A stretch of DNA of 60,349 bases from Thraustochytrium aureum (taxonomy: Eukaryota): positions 35,537-95,885 of the forward strand of contig BLSG01000240.1 in assembly GCA_012862495.1 (NCBI GenBank), written 5' to 3'. Under the pieces are notes generated by a model. That model searched no databases. It worked only from the letters and a program-made list of their open reading frames with translations, and was not told the origin of the DNA. Position 1 is the first letter of the stretch. Every line of letters begins with the position of its first letter. Made by a program: the position numbers and the translations under genes. This document shows positions 12,203 through 23,800 of the stretch, piece by piece.

Positions 12203-14590
12203 CTACATAGTCCCAAAGCCCTGCGAGTGCTCGATCGCGAGGAGCAAGCGATCCCGCAGCTTTTCCAACGAGGCATACTCGGGCAGCAAAAGGTGGCTGA
12301 AGCACGTGTGCGCAACCGGAAGTCGGTCCGAGTCGTCCCCATTTCGCGAGATCGTGAGCCGCAGGGCCGAAAGGCCCCTGATCGGAACGCGGTCGCTTCC
12401 CGTTGTAAACATGAGGAATTTTTTCTTCTGGTCTTCCGTCATGCCGTGCACAACTGACCAAAAGTGCTGGATGGTCGGCGACGACTCCGTAAACCCGTCG
12501 TCGTAGTGGCAGGAGCGCTCGAGGGCGTGAAAGTCGAGGTCTGGGCTGCCGCACAGAAGGAGCTCCATCTCCTCGGGCCGAAACATTTCCAAAAACGTCC
12601 CGCCACACACAAGGTTGAAGCCCTTGTGAAAGGGGGCATAGATCTTGGCCACCGACTGGTTCAAGATATGGTCGACGTACAGATCTACGTACTCGGCTCG
12701 GTTCTCGGCCGTGACTGCAATGTCCCCGCCACCGGGCTTGAGCTCGACCGTGTTGACGCTCCCGAAGGCCTCCATCGCGACTTGGAAGGTGAGCCCAAAC
12801 GTATTCTCGACGTCCCCGTCAAACTCGAGCAGCTGCTGCAAGCTTCGGCCGAGGCGTGGGCTGTAGTCAACGAGGTCTGCAAGAGTCGGCTTTTGCCCAA
12901 GCAGCTTGCGGTAGAGCGCGACCGGGAAGTGCACGTCCAGGATGACGCCGTTGTAAATTGCCAGGCCAATCAGGATGCCGCATAGCTCGAACTTGAGCGA
13001 AAACTCAAACGTGTTTGGGTTGAACCAGAGCTTGCGGCTCTCCTCGTCCATGGTAAACATCCCGAACTGCGGATCGAGAAGCTTGCGCACCAAGAGCAGA
13101 AAAAACTCCTTCTTTACCCCGCCTTCGTCCACGCCCTCCTCGCCCTCAAAGTGGACGCGGAGCGGCATCTTGAGGGATTGCGAATCGGACTGGGCAATCA
13201 CGTCGAGCACGTCGTCCACAATCTCGTCCCGGCGAACGCGCACCAGAAAGAACGGCCGGCGGCGTGGCCCTCCAAACATCTGGGTTCGCATCGAGTCCTC
13301 CAACTGCATGTGCTGCTGCACGCGAGCCTCCAATTGGAGAATGCGAGCCTTCGACCCCGGGTCCAGGAGAAACGAGTAGTCGCAAAATGCCTCTTTCGCG
13401 GCTGGGCGGCCGCTCTCTTTTGCGCTTTCGTGCGCCTTGAACCAGCTCGCAAGGTCCACCCTGAGAAAGTCGTCGAACTCTGTGGCGAGCTCGTTGATGG
13501 CGCTGTTATAAAATTCAGAGTAGGGCACGAACGGAGTGAGCTGGTTCACGCGGTGGAGGACGTCGAGAACAACAACGCCTTCCTTGACATAGGCAAAGTT
13601 GGCGACCGCCTTGCCGATCGTGGACTTTAGCGTGATGTTCATCTGTACAACGCCAACGAGCCGCTCAAGGTACGCTGCGGGCATTCCCTGCCAAAACTCG
13701 ACCAGCCTCTCTCTGGCCTCCTCGGGCACGCTCGCAACAGCTTGAAAGAGCGCGCTTAACGTGTTGACCAGCTCCGGGTCGTACGAAAAGGGCTCGTACT
13801 CGAGGGCGACCAGGACAGGCACCAGGCGGCGGAACGGCGGGCCCCCGATCGGGTAGGCCAGATGCGCGGCCAGGCCCTGGAGCGCATTTCGCAGTGCGTT
13901 CTGCACGGTGGGGGGCTCGTCCACTTGCTCAACCAGCGCGAAAATGCCTCGAACGTCCTCGAGGTTGGGCTCGCCGTCGGCATTGGAGAAGCTGTCCGCA
14001 ACGAGCTCGGGGTCACAAAACACAGACCCGAGGCGCGACACGACACCCGAGTACGACCCGGTGCTTTCAGCTTGCGCGACCAAGGCCTGCATTTCTGCTA
14101 GCGAGAACGCTCTGGAAGCCGGGACTGTGGGCTTTGCTGCGGTTTCCGCTGGAGCGCTGCGCTGGGCTTGCCCGTCCTCGTGCCTGGCCGCGCGCTCCGG
14201 ATGAGGCTCTGCACCAGCGGGCGCCGCGCTAGTTTTGGCGAGTAGAGGGCCAACTTGCGCTGTCGTTGCGGAGGCGTCAGGCGCAGGGGCTGGCGGGGGG
14301 CGCGGGGCCGCAGCGGAAGCATCGACGCTACCTGGCCGCGGCGCTTCCGGCATCACTGAGCCTGCAGGTTCCGTCGCTTGCGCGGTAGCTGAGGCCGTCG
14401 ACCTGGCATCGCCTGCCGGAGGGTCCGTCAGGGTGCGGATCGCCTTTGCCGCCGCTGTCGTGGGGTCCTCCCCAGCCGCTAAATATTGCTGGAACAACTC
14501 GGTAAAGCGGCTCCGGCTTTCATCCTCCAAGCTCGTCGTTCCGTTGGAGGTGCGGCTGCCGCGGCTCTCGTTCCCCTCGTCGACGTCCAT
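12203..14590 (-). CDS. HECT-domain E3 ubiquitin ligase (UBE3A/HERC4/HECTD2-like)
   Basis: LKMPLRVHFEGEEGVDEGGVKKEFF, GILIGLAIYNGVILDVHFP..LYRKLL, C-terminal RLPVAHTCFSHLLLPEY with the catalytic Cys, ending GFGTM. Uninterrupted 795-aa ORF. Confidence 0.95.
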   Translation of the reverse strand: MDVDEGNESRGSRTSNGTTSLEDESRSRFTELFQQYLAAGEDPTTAAAKAIRTLTDPPAGDARSTASATAQATEPAGSVMPEAPRPGSVDASAAAPRPPPAPAPDASATTAQVGPLLAKTSAAPAGAEPHPERAARHEDGQAQRSAPAETAAKPTVPASRAFSLAEMQALVAQAESTGSYSGVVSRLGSVFCDPELVADSFSNADGEPNLEDVRGIFALVEQVDEPPTVQNALRNALQGLAAHLAYPIGGPPFRRLVPVLVALEYEPFSYDPELVNTLSALFQAVASVPEEARERLVEFWQGMPAAYLERLVGVVQMNITLKSTIGKAVANFAYVKEGVVVLDVLHRVNQLTPFVPYSEFYNSAINELATEFDDFLRVDLASWFKAHESAKESGRPAAKEAFCDYSFLLDPGSKARILQLEARVQQHMQLEDSMRTQMFGGPRRRPFFLVRVRRDEIVDDVLDVIAQSDSQSLKMPLRVHFEGEEGVDEGGVKKEFFLLLVRKLLDPQFGMFTMDEESRKLWFNPNTFEFSLKFELCGILIGLAIYNGVILDVHFPVALYRKLLGQKPTLADLVDYSPRLGRSLQQLLEFDGDVENTFGLTFQVAMEAFGSVNTVELKPGGGDIAVTAENRAEYVDLYVDHILNQSVAKIYAPFHKGFNLVCGGTFLEMFRPEEMELLLCGSPDLDFHALERSCHYDDGFTESSPTIQHFWSVVHGMTEDQKKKFLMFTTGSDRVPIRGLSALRLTISRNGDDSDRLPVAHTCFSHLLLPEYASLEKLRDRLLLAIEHSQGFGTM

Positions 14591-15512
14591 CGCAGCCTCT
14601 AAAGCGAGCTAGCGAGCGTTGCGAAACTGTCGGCCAGCTGGCTCTTGAGACCAGATGGTGCTTGCTGAGCCGCAGCAAACGTGCTCTAGCTAGACTCCGC
14701 TCGAGAGCGCCCCAGCTGCAGCGTTCGGTCGCTGCAGCGTGCAAGGCGTCGCGAGAGGCGCCGCGGAAGGATCTCGACACGATTCGCTCGCGTCTGGCTC
14801 GCCTCGTTGTCGTTTCTTCCCGCTCTCGCGCGCCAGAGGCCTCGGCAGCTGGCCGCCAGCAGTCCCCTCTCCCGGTCGCGCTCTCCTCCGGGCTTGTTCA
14901 AGCAGCCTTGCCGGGGGCTCGCGTCGCTTTGTCGCGTCCCAGGCGTTGCGGGCCTGCGCGCTGTTGAAGAACACGAGACACTCCCCACAATGTCGCACTG
15001 GCCTCGTGCGGGCTCGCCCGAACCAGCGCCGCTCTGCTCTGCGCTGACGGCGCTCGTCGGTCGTGGCGGCCTCAGCGGATGCTGGCCGAGCACGTCGTCG
15101 CTTGCCGGTGACTATCGCGGCGGGCGGCCTTCGAGGCGTTGACCGTGCAGTCTCGCAAGGTGGTCCGAGCAGGCGAGCGACGCCGAGGCGCTGCCCGTGC
15201 CGCGCCAAGTACAAACAAGCCAAAGGGCAGCGCCACGAGCTGTCGGTACGAGCGCCAGACGGCCAATGCTCGACTCGCACGCCGCGGCCAGGGAGGGTGC
15301 GCCGTGGCCGGCAAGCGCTGGGACAAACGCAAGCGCGTCGAGTGGCCGAGGGGCTGGCTCCTTTTGAGCTGCGTTGCGTTGCCGCTCGGACCCACGATGA
15401 GCCAGCGCGGGACAGACGGTTCAAGGCATTTTCTTTGGTTTGCAAGGGTATCCTATCCCTCGCCGACACCAACTGGCCAGCCCGTCCCCAACTGCGACTG
15501 GGATCGACTTGC

Positions 15513-16088
15513 TCAGAGGGCATCAAGACCCGGCGCTGCGCGGCACTCGCCAGATCTCCGCTTGTGTTGCTTGACGCTGCCCTCGGGGGGAGTGGTCCGC
15601 TTTGGGGCGGGCGTCGCTGGCTCGCGAACCCTGTCAGCCCAAGTCAGACCTGCGACCCGGTTTGGCCTGTTCTTCGTCAAAGCCTTTGCAGCCAGTGCGG
15701 TGGATGTGGTTTCTGGACCTTGTTGTTGGGCGACCGACTCAGTCTCGGGCGGCGTCTCGGGCTGAGAAGCAGCTCCCTCCCGCAATTGTTCTGCGCGAAG
15801 TCGCTGCAAGACGTGTCCGTGGCAGCCAAGTGGCGCGCACCAGCACACGAGGTCCAGGCCATCGAGCTCGGCGAGGCTTGCCCACAGCTCCTTGCGCGCA
15901 TAAGCCTCGAACTTGTCGAGGCAGTCCTGCCGTGACTTGCACTTGGACAGGGGGAAGGGGTTGCCCCATTTCGAGGCCTGTACCCTCGCACGGGGGTTCG
16001 CGCGCCCAATGTACATTCTCCCTTGCTGCCCCACGAACGCGGCGACGGTTGTCCCCATGGGCCTATCCTTCGCATTCAACACGGACAT
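15513..16088 (-). CDS. DUF4326 domain protein with a low-complexity tail
   Basis: Motif series MYIGR...SKWGNPF...LDKFEAY...LDGLDLVCWCAPLGCHGHVL matches the YIGR / GNPF / CxCxPxxCHG signature of DUF4326. Confidence 0.85.
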   Translation of the reverse strand: MSVLNAKDRPMGTTVAAFVGQQGRMYIGRANPRARVQASKWGNPFPLSKCKSRQDCLDKFEAYARKELWASLAELDGLDLVCWCAPLGCHGHVLQRLRAEQLREGAASQPETPPETESVAQQQGPETTSTALAAKALTKNRPNRVAGLTWADRVREPATPAPKRTTPPEGSVKQHKRRSGECRAAPGLDAL

Positions 16089-16683
16089 TGCTGTTGGCCG
16101 ATTCTCGCGATCGCAGCCGCGCCTTGCGATGCTGCGCTGGCCGCCAACGGCGAACAGCGCCTCGCGGTTGAATTGGAAAGAGTTCTGCTACACCTCACGA
16201 AGGACCACACGCGTGTTTTGCACGATCGCGTCCCGCCAAACCGATCAACCGCGAAGCGCGGCACTCCGGGGGAAAAGGAGGAGCAACGTTGTCGGAACAG
16301 CAACGGACCACAACCCCACCGGCAGATGGACAAGACCGGAGAGCCTGCCATTGGAAACTACTACCNNNNCTCTCAAGTCCAACCTGCCGGCGCATCCGTC
16401 CTCTGGCGCAACTCCAACCTGCCGATGGCTCGCATGATGATGGATGATCCCGGCCTGCATCGGTACCGCCAGCCAGGAGCACGCCAACAGAGAATCACTT
16501 GGCGTGTTTCGACAGGTGCGTCCTCGTTCCGATGAATCTAGACGTCCATTTACTTTTCCTTTTGTTTTGATTGCTGCGCAGAGCAGGAGCAGCAGCAGGA
16601 GGCGCAGCAGCAGCGCCGTCTCGTGGCGCGTTCCCGCTCCTCCGCGGCGCGGGCGTGGCCGGGTACTCGCCGCCTTGCGCGCA

Positions 16684-16738
16684 CCCGTCCATCCGTGCGT
16701 CCGTGCGTCCGTCCACCCACCCGTCCATCCGTCCATTC
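16684..16738. repeat. Imperfect (CCGT/CCAT)n-type simple repeat
   Basis: cccgtccatccgtgcgtccgtgcgtccgtccacccacccgtccatccgtccattc. Confidence 0.6.
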
Positions 16739-16813
16739 AAAAGCATCCATCTTGCACGCTCGAAACGACCACTGGCAGGTCGACGGCGGGGCTGACGCGT
16801 ACTCCAGTCCGCG

Positions 16814-19800
16814 ATGGAGCGACGAGATGATGGCGGCGACGGCGCGCAGGCGCACAATGGCCCTGGCGGACGCCCTGGCGGGGACGGGCTGGAGAAGACG
16901 CGGAGGAAGCGCGGAAAACGGAAGAGGCAGAGCACCGCGCAAAAGACGCCAGACGGGCCCCAGCGAGACGGCAAGGCGGCCAAAAGGCCGCGAGGCGGAG
17001 GGGCTCTTGCAGTGGACGACAGGACGACGACATCGAGGATGCTGTCGCGGATGCCGTCGCTCTGGGCGGCAAGGGAAGCACCGCCGCAAAGCGAAGCCCC
17101 GCGCAGGCCGCCGCCGCCGGCTCGGACGGCAAGAAGCAGTCGCGCACTGCCAAGGGTGGCAAGCGGGCCCGCAAAGAGCCCAATGCGAAAGAGGTCGTCC
17201 GAGGAGTTGTGGAGTCTAGCGAGGACGACAAGGAGGAGAACAGCGATGAGGAGGAGGAGGAGGACGGAGACGACGAGGATTTCAGTGCGCCGAGCTCAGA
17301 AGACGAGGTCGAGCTCGACCTGATGAAGAGCAGCAAGAATCCTATGACGCCCCCCCGAGAGCGAGATGACTCTTCTACAAGCGGCCAGAACAGAGGAAGG
17401 TATTTGTCCGCCCTGGAGAACTCGCCATCATCAGCTGTTCGGCACCGGCGGGCCCGTGGCGACACCAAGGCTATCGCCCCGATCGACGCAGAGCGCTTCT
17501 TCATGAAATCTCTGGGGTTCGTCGCCATCCCAGCAAAGTCGAATCTTTACAACTGGTTCTACGTCCGGCCTGATCACGAGTACGACCCGGCGACCTCAGT
17601 GCACGGGCGGGACTTTTTCGGGACGCCAGAGGAGCTCGCCGAGAAGATCAGTTCCAGCTCGCGACTACAAGAGTGGTTTGCTTCCTTCAAACGCGGCAAG
17701 CCCAGATCTTTACCCGCGGCGAGCTTGAACGCGGCTATGCTGGAAGACCCGGGGCCGGAGTCGTTGGGGCCGACCACGAAGCAAAGGCTTCCCGAAACAC
17801 GCCAGTGAACGAGCCCCTCTGACGAGGCGGCCGCGAGCCGCCTCGCAGCTCAGTTCGGTGGGCTCTGCTTCGGTGTCATCGGGTGTGGGTAACTCCAGAG
17901 GGAAGCGGTCGGCCTCCACACGCGGAGCGCCGGCGCTGGCTCAAAGCGCGCAGAGTCAAGTGCGAGTATGCCGCGCAAGGTAGCCAGTGCAAAGGCCTCA
18001 GAGTACCTGGCCTTGGAGTCGTTCTTCGCTGAGGACTTGAAATGGGTGTCCAAGGGCGGCCTGCTCGTGGCACCAGGCCACAAGTACGTGCCGGGCGCAA
18101 GCAAGGTCGGCCGGGACATTTGCAAGACTGCAGCGCACATGCGAGTGTTTCTGAAGGAGCACCCTGCCCTCGAGCGGCGTTATACTGCGTCCCTCAGGCG
18201 AAACGATCGGAATGTTTTCGCCCCCGACTACTCGGGTGCCCGCGACGAGAGCGAGAGCGACGGGGAGGAAAACGAAAGCGAGCTGCTGCTCCCCACCGAA
18301 GAACGCCCTGTGCGCAAAGGGAAGCGCCTAGGTGCGGCGCCACGCCATGCTGCAGAGGACAGCGCCAAACCTGTCTCTGCCACCGCTGTCATCGTCAGCG
18401 ATTCTTCCGACGAGGAGCAGCGCGAGCCCAAGCCTAGCCTTGCTCCGACAACACGGCCCAGGACCAACTCCACATTACTAAGCGCCGAGGCGCCTACACG
18501 AAGGCTGCAGCAGCGAACGGTACGCGCCGAGAGTGACAAAGCGCTCGTTGCGTCTGTCGTGCTTAGCCCCGACGACCACGCGTCGTACTGCACTGGCGTG
18601 GACGCGCTGACGGGCGCGCGCCTTAAAGGCGAGCCGCACTTTGCATGGAAAGACCCGACGGCCCAGCTTGGCGGGGGGCTTTCGTGCTATTCGCTGGACA
18701 CGTTGCGCGCGGCGGCCGCGATTCCTTCTGCTGTACCAAGCGACTCGGTCGGGCTTCGCGAGCCCCCCCTGTTCCAAATACGGATGTCAGACGCAACCAA
18801 GCGCCAGCTCTCGAAGCAGTTTGGGGCTGGGGTTCTTGACGTGCCTCCCCGCCGAAGCTCGGCGCGCGCCCTGTTAGCGACTCGACCGTGCAACGCGGAC
18901 TAGCGCGCGTCGCCGCGTCGCTTGTGCGGTCTGCATCGCGCCTGTACTTGTGCCCCATTTGCTACCTTTGGGCGCTACAAGAGCTGGAGAAGGACCAGGG
19001 CATCCCCGAAGGCAGGCCAGTGGACCCCATCGAGGTCCTCGCGCACCTCGGCGACCTCACGGGCGCAGCAGACTTTGCGTTCGAGCTCAAGCGCGACCTC
19101 CACTCACACCTGCACGGCGCGCCGCACAACGTCCCGAAGGCGAAGCAGTCGGCCGAGAAGCTTTTATTTCGCCACTTTGCCCTTTTCGGCTCCAATGATA
19201 TCACGTCCAAGTACTCTGAACTCATCGGTGCTTCAGGCCGGCATTCGCTGTATTGGGAAAAGGACAATGCGCGCAGGGCCGCGGTTGCCGGCCAGGTCGC
19301 ACTCCTCGCAAAGCTGCACGCTCCAGGCCTGCGCAAGCGGGGAACCTGCTTCCCGCCAACCAAAAAGGGATCCGCCAGCGCCTTCCAGGCACTCCTCGCC
19401 GCGACGACAGAGGGCGGTGTCTCGGCGCTCTCCATCCTGTCGAATGCGAAACGCGCTCTGGAGAAGCAGGAGCGGCCCGGGCCGAAGGCGCAGATCGCCC
19501 CTGAGGCCACCCCTGCTCTGCAGCAAGCAACCGCCCAAACTGCGCTGCCAACCGCAAGCTCACACGCTGAGCCAACGCCTGCTGACCAACCAGTTGCTCG
19601 CGAGGACGCAAAGGCCGCGACACCGAAAACCTCGCATGAAGGTGCAAGCGTCCACGCGCCGCAAGAACGTGCCACTCCTGGCCAACATGCTGCGCCCAGC
19701 AGTGCGGACGGCACGGCTACAAAGCCGGCCAGGCTTCGGTCAGCGAGCCTCGAAGCCAGTGCGCAGGCGAAAGCCGCGCCTTCGCCTGCGGGAGCAGAAC

Positions 19801-20768
19801 CAGATGTGCGTCCTCCAGTTTGCATCGACACGCCGCTTCAAAGCGAATCGCGAGGGGCCAGCGCGCAGGACAAAGAGGGCTCGCGGGCGCCTCTGGAGGC
19901 AGCCAACGGAGAGACGGCCACGAAAACTAGCACAGACCATCGTCTTCCAGGGGTCCGGACAGGCGACGGTGCGGCCTCGGAAAGCATAAAGGGGAAAGCG
20001 AATCCGGATGACCGCTCCAGAGCCGACGGCGCGCAATTGCCTCCACAAAAAGTGTCCGGGCCTGAAAGCAGCGAGTCGCATGCAGCGGTGTCTGCGCGTC
20101 TTGGCGAAGCAAGTGGCCTGCCAAAGGTAGAGACGGTTGAGTTACAGACGGCTGGTTCGCATCATGCAATCCATACCCTCCGCAGGGTCTGGCACTCCGG
20201 CCAGCGAAACCACGTCGCGCCACCAGGAACTAGCAGCCTCCGCCGCGTCTGAATCTCATGCTGCAGCGCCAGCAGAACCGACTGCGCCAACGCCGGCTGG
20301 CCGCTTCACGGCAGAGGAAAGGCCAAACCTCAGCACAACGGCTGCGGCAAGCCCAGCTGCGGGGATCGCCTTAGAACACGATGTGGTGAGCGTTCCCAAG
20401 GAGCTTTCGGCCAAAGCTTGGCGGGAGCAAGGGGAGGCCTCTTTCGCAACGCTTCGATTTGCCTCACTTTGCCATGCGTGCAGTTTCTGGGAGTTGTTGG
20501 AGACGATGCCGGCCCTGGTCGAACGTGTGGAGCGTGTCGGTGCAGCTGCTGCAGGCCTTGGCACTGACGAGGTATCCATGAAGCAGCTGGAGCGCTTGCA
20601 ACAGTGGCTCCGAGCGCGGCCGGCGGGATCGCGATGAGAGGTCGAGCGGTGCCTTTGGTTTTCTTTGTCTCGGGCGACGAGTCGAGCTTCAGCTTGCACG
20701 CCCTTGCCAGCCCGCGAGACTCGGCGATTTTCCTTGGGCAGATGCCGTGCCGCTCTATCAGCAGCTAG
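16814..20768 (+). CDS. Large uncharacterised protein (basic/acidic N-terminus, duplicated ~50-aa motif, CPIC...H..H putative Zn site, long disordered region); reconstructed across at least 5 frameshifts
   Basis: ORFs 16814-17323, 17209-17808, 17968-18903, 18888-20252 and 20137-20637 are consecutive on one strand and join sensibly with 1-nt corrections, e.g. VPPPPKLGARPVSDSTVQRGLARV at ~18848. The 3' end (20637 or 20768) is uncertain. Confidence 0.55.
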
Positions 20769-20895
20769 CGCGGGAACGCAAGCCCACGAGCCCGATTCCG
20801 CAGCCTGTAGAACGCCCTTCCTAGTAGGACGCGGCACCTAGCTAGCACACGGGGCAGCGAAGTATAGTCCAAGGGGTTTGCGTTTCATTTCACTA

Positions 20896-23800
20896 CTAGT
20901 AGCGCGGGCGAGCCGCCTTGCGGGCGCTCAGCGCATCCAGCTGGCGCTGCAACATGGCGACTTGCGTATCCCGCTCGCGAAGCGTTCGCGCCAGGCTGCT
21001 ATTGATTGCGTTCTCAGCTGCTTCCGCTTCCCGCGCCGGCTGTTGCGCGCAAGGGCATCGTACTCCCTGACCTTGGCTGCCTCGTCCCACCCTTCTCTAC
21101 CAGACGAACCGCTTGCCAACGAATACTGCGCGTCGCTGACGCTGCCGCTCGACAAGGAGCGGCGCCTGCCAGAGCCGCGGCCACCCCGCTGCGCGATCCC
21201 CTCGCGCCGCGCTTCCGCCCGCCGGCTCCATGCCCGGGAGTGCCGCGCACCTAGCACACTATCTTGGCGGTGGCTTCGGGAGGGCTTTCGCGAAGTCCTT
21301 GTCTCCCGGCGGTCCCAGCGCTCCGGCGATTCTCTTCGCGGCATCGACGTCGTCCGCCCCCGTCGGTGCCCGGACGACCCAAGCTCGCGCGAGAGACCGG
21401 CAAGAGCTCGCTCGGCGGCTTCCTTGGCAGCTGCGTTGATTGCGTACGTCTCGCTTGCCAAGCCCAATCGCTCTGGACCCAGACCAGAGCCGTCGAGCCG
21501 CAGCCTGGAGCCCAAGTTCTCCTTCTGGCCCCGCACACTCGTCTGCCTGAGCCCAAGTCGCGTGATCTCGGCCTTTGCGTCATCCAGCTCGGTTTGGCAG
21601 GCCCGCAGCGCCGCGCCTGATGCAGCCTGCGCGTCGCGAGCCAGCTCGACCGCAGCCTCGGCACGCTCCAGGTCGGCGTGCAGCTGAAGTTGCTCTTCCT
21701 CGGCGCTGTTGGCGCCTTCTTGCAAAACGCGGGCCAAGGCGGCGAGCTTTGCGTTGTCTTGCCGAGTATCGTCTAGCTCGCTGCGAAGCGCCCCGATCTC
21801 CTCGGACAATGCGGCGATGTGCTCCCTAGCGGATTCGAGCTCGCCGCACACTGCGCCGTGTGCCTCGCTCAGCTCTGTGCAGGCCTCCTTCAAGGCCGCA
21901 GTTTGTCGCGTCTGGTCTTCGAGTTCTGCGCGAAGGGCGAGCACCTGGCGATCTCGAGCAGCTTGCGGCTCTGCGGTTTGCTGCAAAGTACTCAGTCCCT
22001 GGCCTTCGCGGCGAGCAATATCGCGCTCGCGCCGCGCCTCCAATTCCTTCTGGAGCGTCGCGCGCTCGACACGGGCATTCGAGAGCTCGCCGCTTTGGCG
22101 TTGGAGCGAGCGGGTCGTTTCGAGCAACTCGGCGCTGAGCATTTCAATGCGCTCATGCGCAGCGCGGATCGCCTTGTCATGCGCGCGGTCCTTCTCAGCT
22201 TGGACCTTTTGGGCAAGCTCAAGCTCGAGCTTGGTGTCCTCAACGGCCTGCTGAGCTTCCTCGAGCGCTTGCGCGCGGCGCTCGCGCTCGGCATCCAAGG
22301 CGATCGAGAGTTTTTCGCGGTCCAGGTCTCGGTCAGTCGTGGAGCGGTCTAGGGCCTCCTCAAGCTCGCCTATGCGGCGGTCCTTGTCGATGTGAGCGAG
22401 AGCAGCTTGCTCTTGCAGCTGTCGCCCGTGCCGAACAGCCTTATCAAGGCGATCCTTCAGAATCTTTTCGCGCGCGGCCATCTCCTGCTTGGTTTCCCTC
22501 ACCTCGCGGAGGAGTGCCTCATGCTGCCGCGACGCGTGCGCTTTGGCTTCGTCGCGCAGTTTGTCGGCCAATTCGCGCTTTTGCCCTTCGAGTTCGGCGA
22601 TGCGGGCAACAAGTCCCGCGCGGTCGCCGTGGATTTGATCTTCGAGCTGCTTTCTCGCGAGCTCGAGCTCAGCGCGGTGCGTGGATCGCGCGAGTTCGAG
22701 GTCTTTCGAAGCTTGTTCCAGCGCCTGTTCGCCTCGTGCCTCCGCAGCGTCACGCTCAACTTGGAGCGAGTCGGCTCGATCTTGTGCGGCGCGTAGTTGC
22801 TTGGCCAACTCGCTTTTCTCGGCTTCGAGGCGGAATACTTGCTGCATTAGCCCGCGGCCCTTTTCCAGAGCAGCGCGCCGCTCTTCCTCCAGCCGCTCAA
22901 GGAGCTGGTCACTCTGGCCAAGACGCCGCTCAGTAGCAAGTGCGCGAGCGGTGCGCAGGTTCTCGACGTGCTTGGTTTTCAGCAACTCCTTGTCAACCTG
23001 AAATTTGGTCAGCTGCTCTCTTAGGGCGTCCCGCGACGCGGTTATGTCTTGGTCGTCGAAATCAACAAGGCCCTGTAATGGCTCAACCTTCTGCAAAGTG
23101 CGGCCGGTGTCCTTGCTTTGGATCCCCACCTCAGCTGCCCTGAACTCCGGGTCTGCGCCAACTCTGTACTTTTCCTCCTCGTCGAGCCCGCGCAAAGCTT
23201 CTTCCCGCGACTCGTCTAAGCCCGCGTCGACGCCCGGCGCCGAGATCTCGTGCCGCAAGTCCTCGAGCCATTCGTCTACGTGGAGGTTCGCGAGGCGGTC
23301 GCTGCGCCGCGCACTTCCGACCGAGGTCTCGTTGCCTGCTTCGCGGTCGAAACCCCCGAGTCGCGAGCCTGCGCCAGCGATTGAGCGGGGCGAGCTCGGC
23401 GCCAGCGAAGCGAGGTACACGTCGAGCTTCACCTGGTCGTCTTCGAGGAAGCTCCCTTCTGGGAACGCCATCGCGTCGGCCAGCTCGTCCTCAGCGTCGG
23501 CCTGAGAGCGCAGCGCTCGCAGAACCCTCTGCGCGAACCGCAGCGGGCCAGCGCAGTGACCGTACTGCTTGGAAGGCGTCGCAACGCGAACTAGCAGCGA
23601 GCACCTCGCGTCCCCGAGAAACGCTGGCTTGAGGACGTGGGTCAAACGCGAGTCTCGAAACCCCTGCCCCGGCTCGCGCAAGCACCGGCAGAACGCAGTG
23701 AGGGCTTGCCCGACAGATTTGTCCAGTTTGTGACCGTGAGCGGTTGCGTGCGCGCCGACCGTACCGGGCGAGGTGCCGCGCTGCGGCACGCGCGATTCGC

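Noticed and set aside
17806..17967. Stop-codon readthrough or selenocysteine linking two same-frame ORFs
   Set aside because: A second in-frame stop (TAA) follows, and an open alternative frame bridges the interval via two indels.
20380..20768. SPOC-like domain at the end of the large orphan
   Set aside because: Only a vague resemblance, and it depends on an assumed frameshift.
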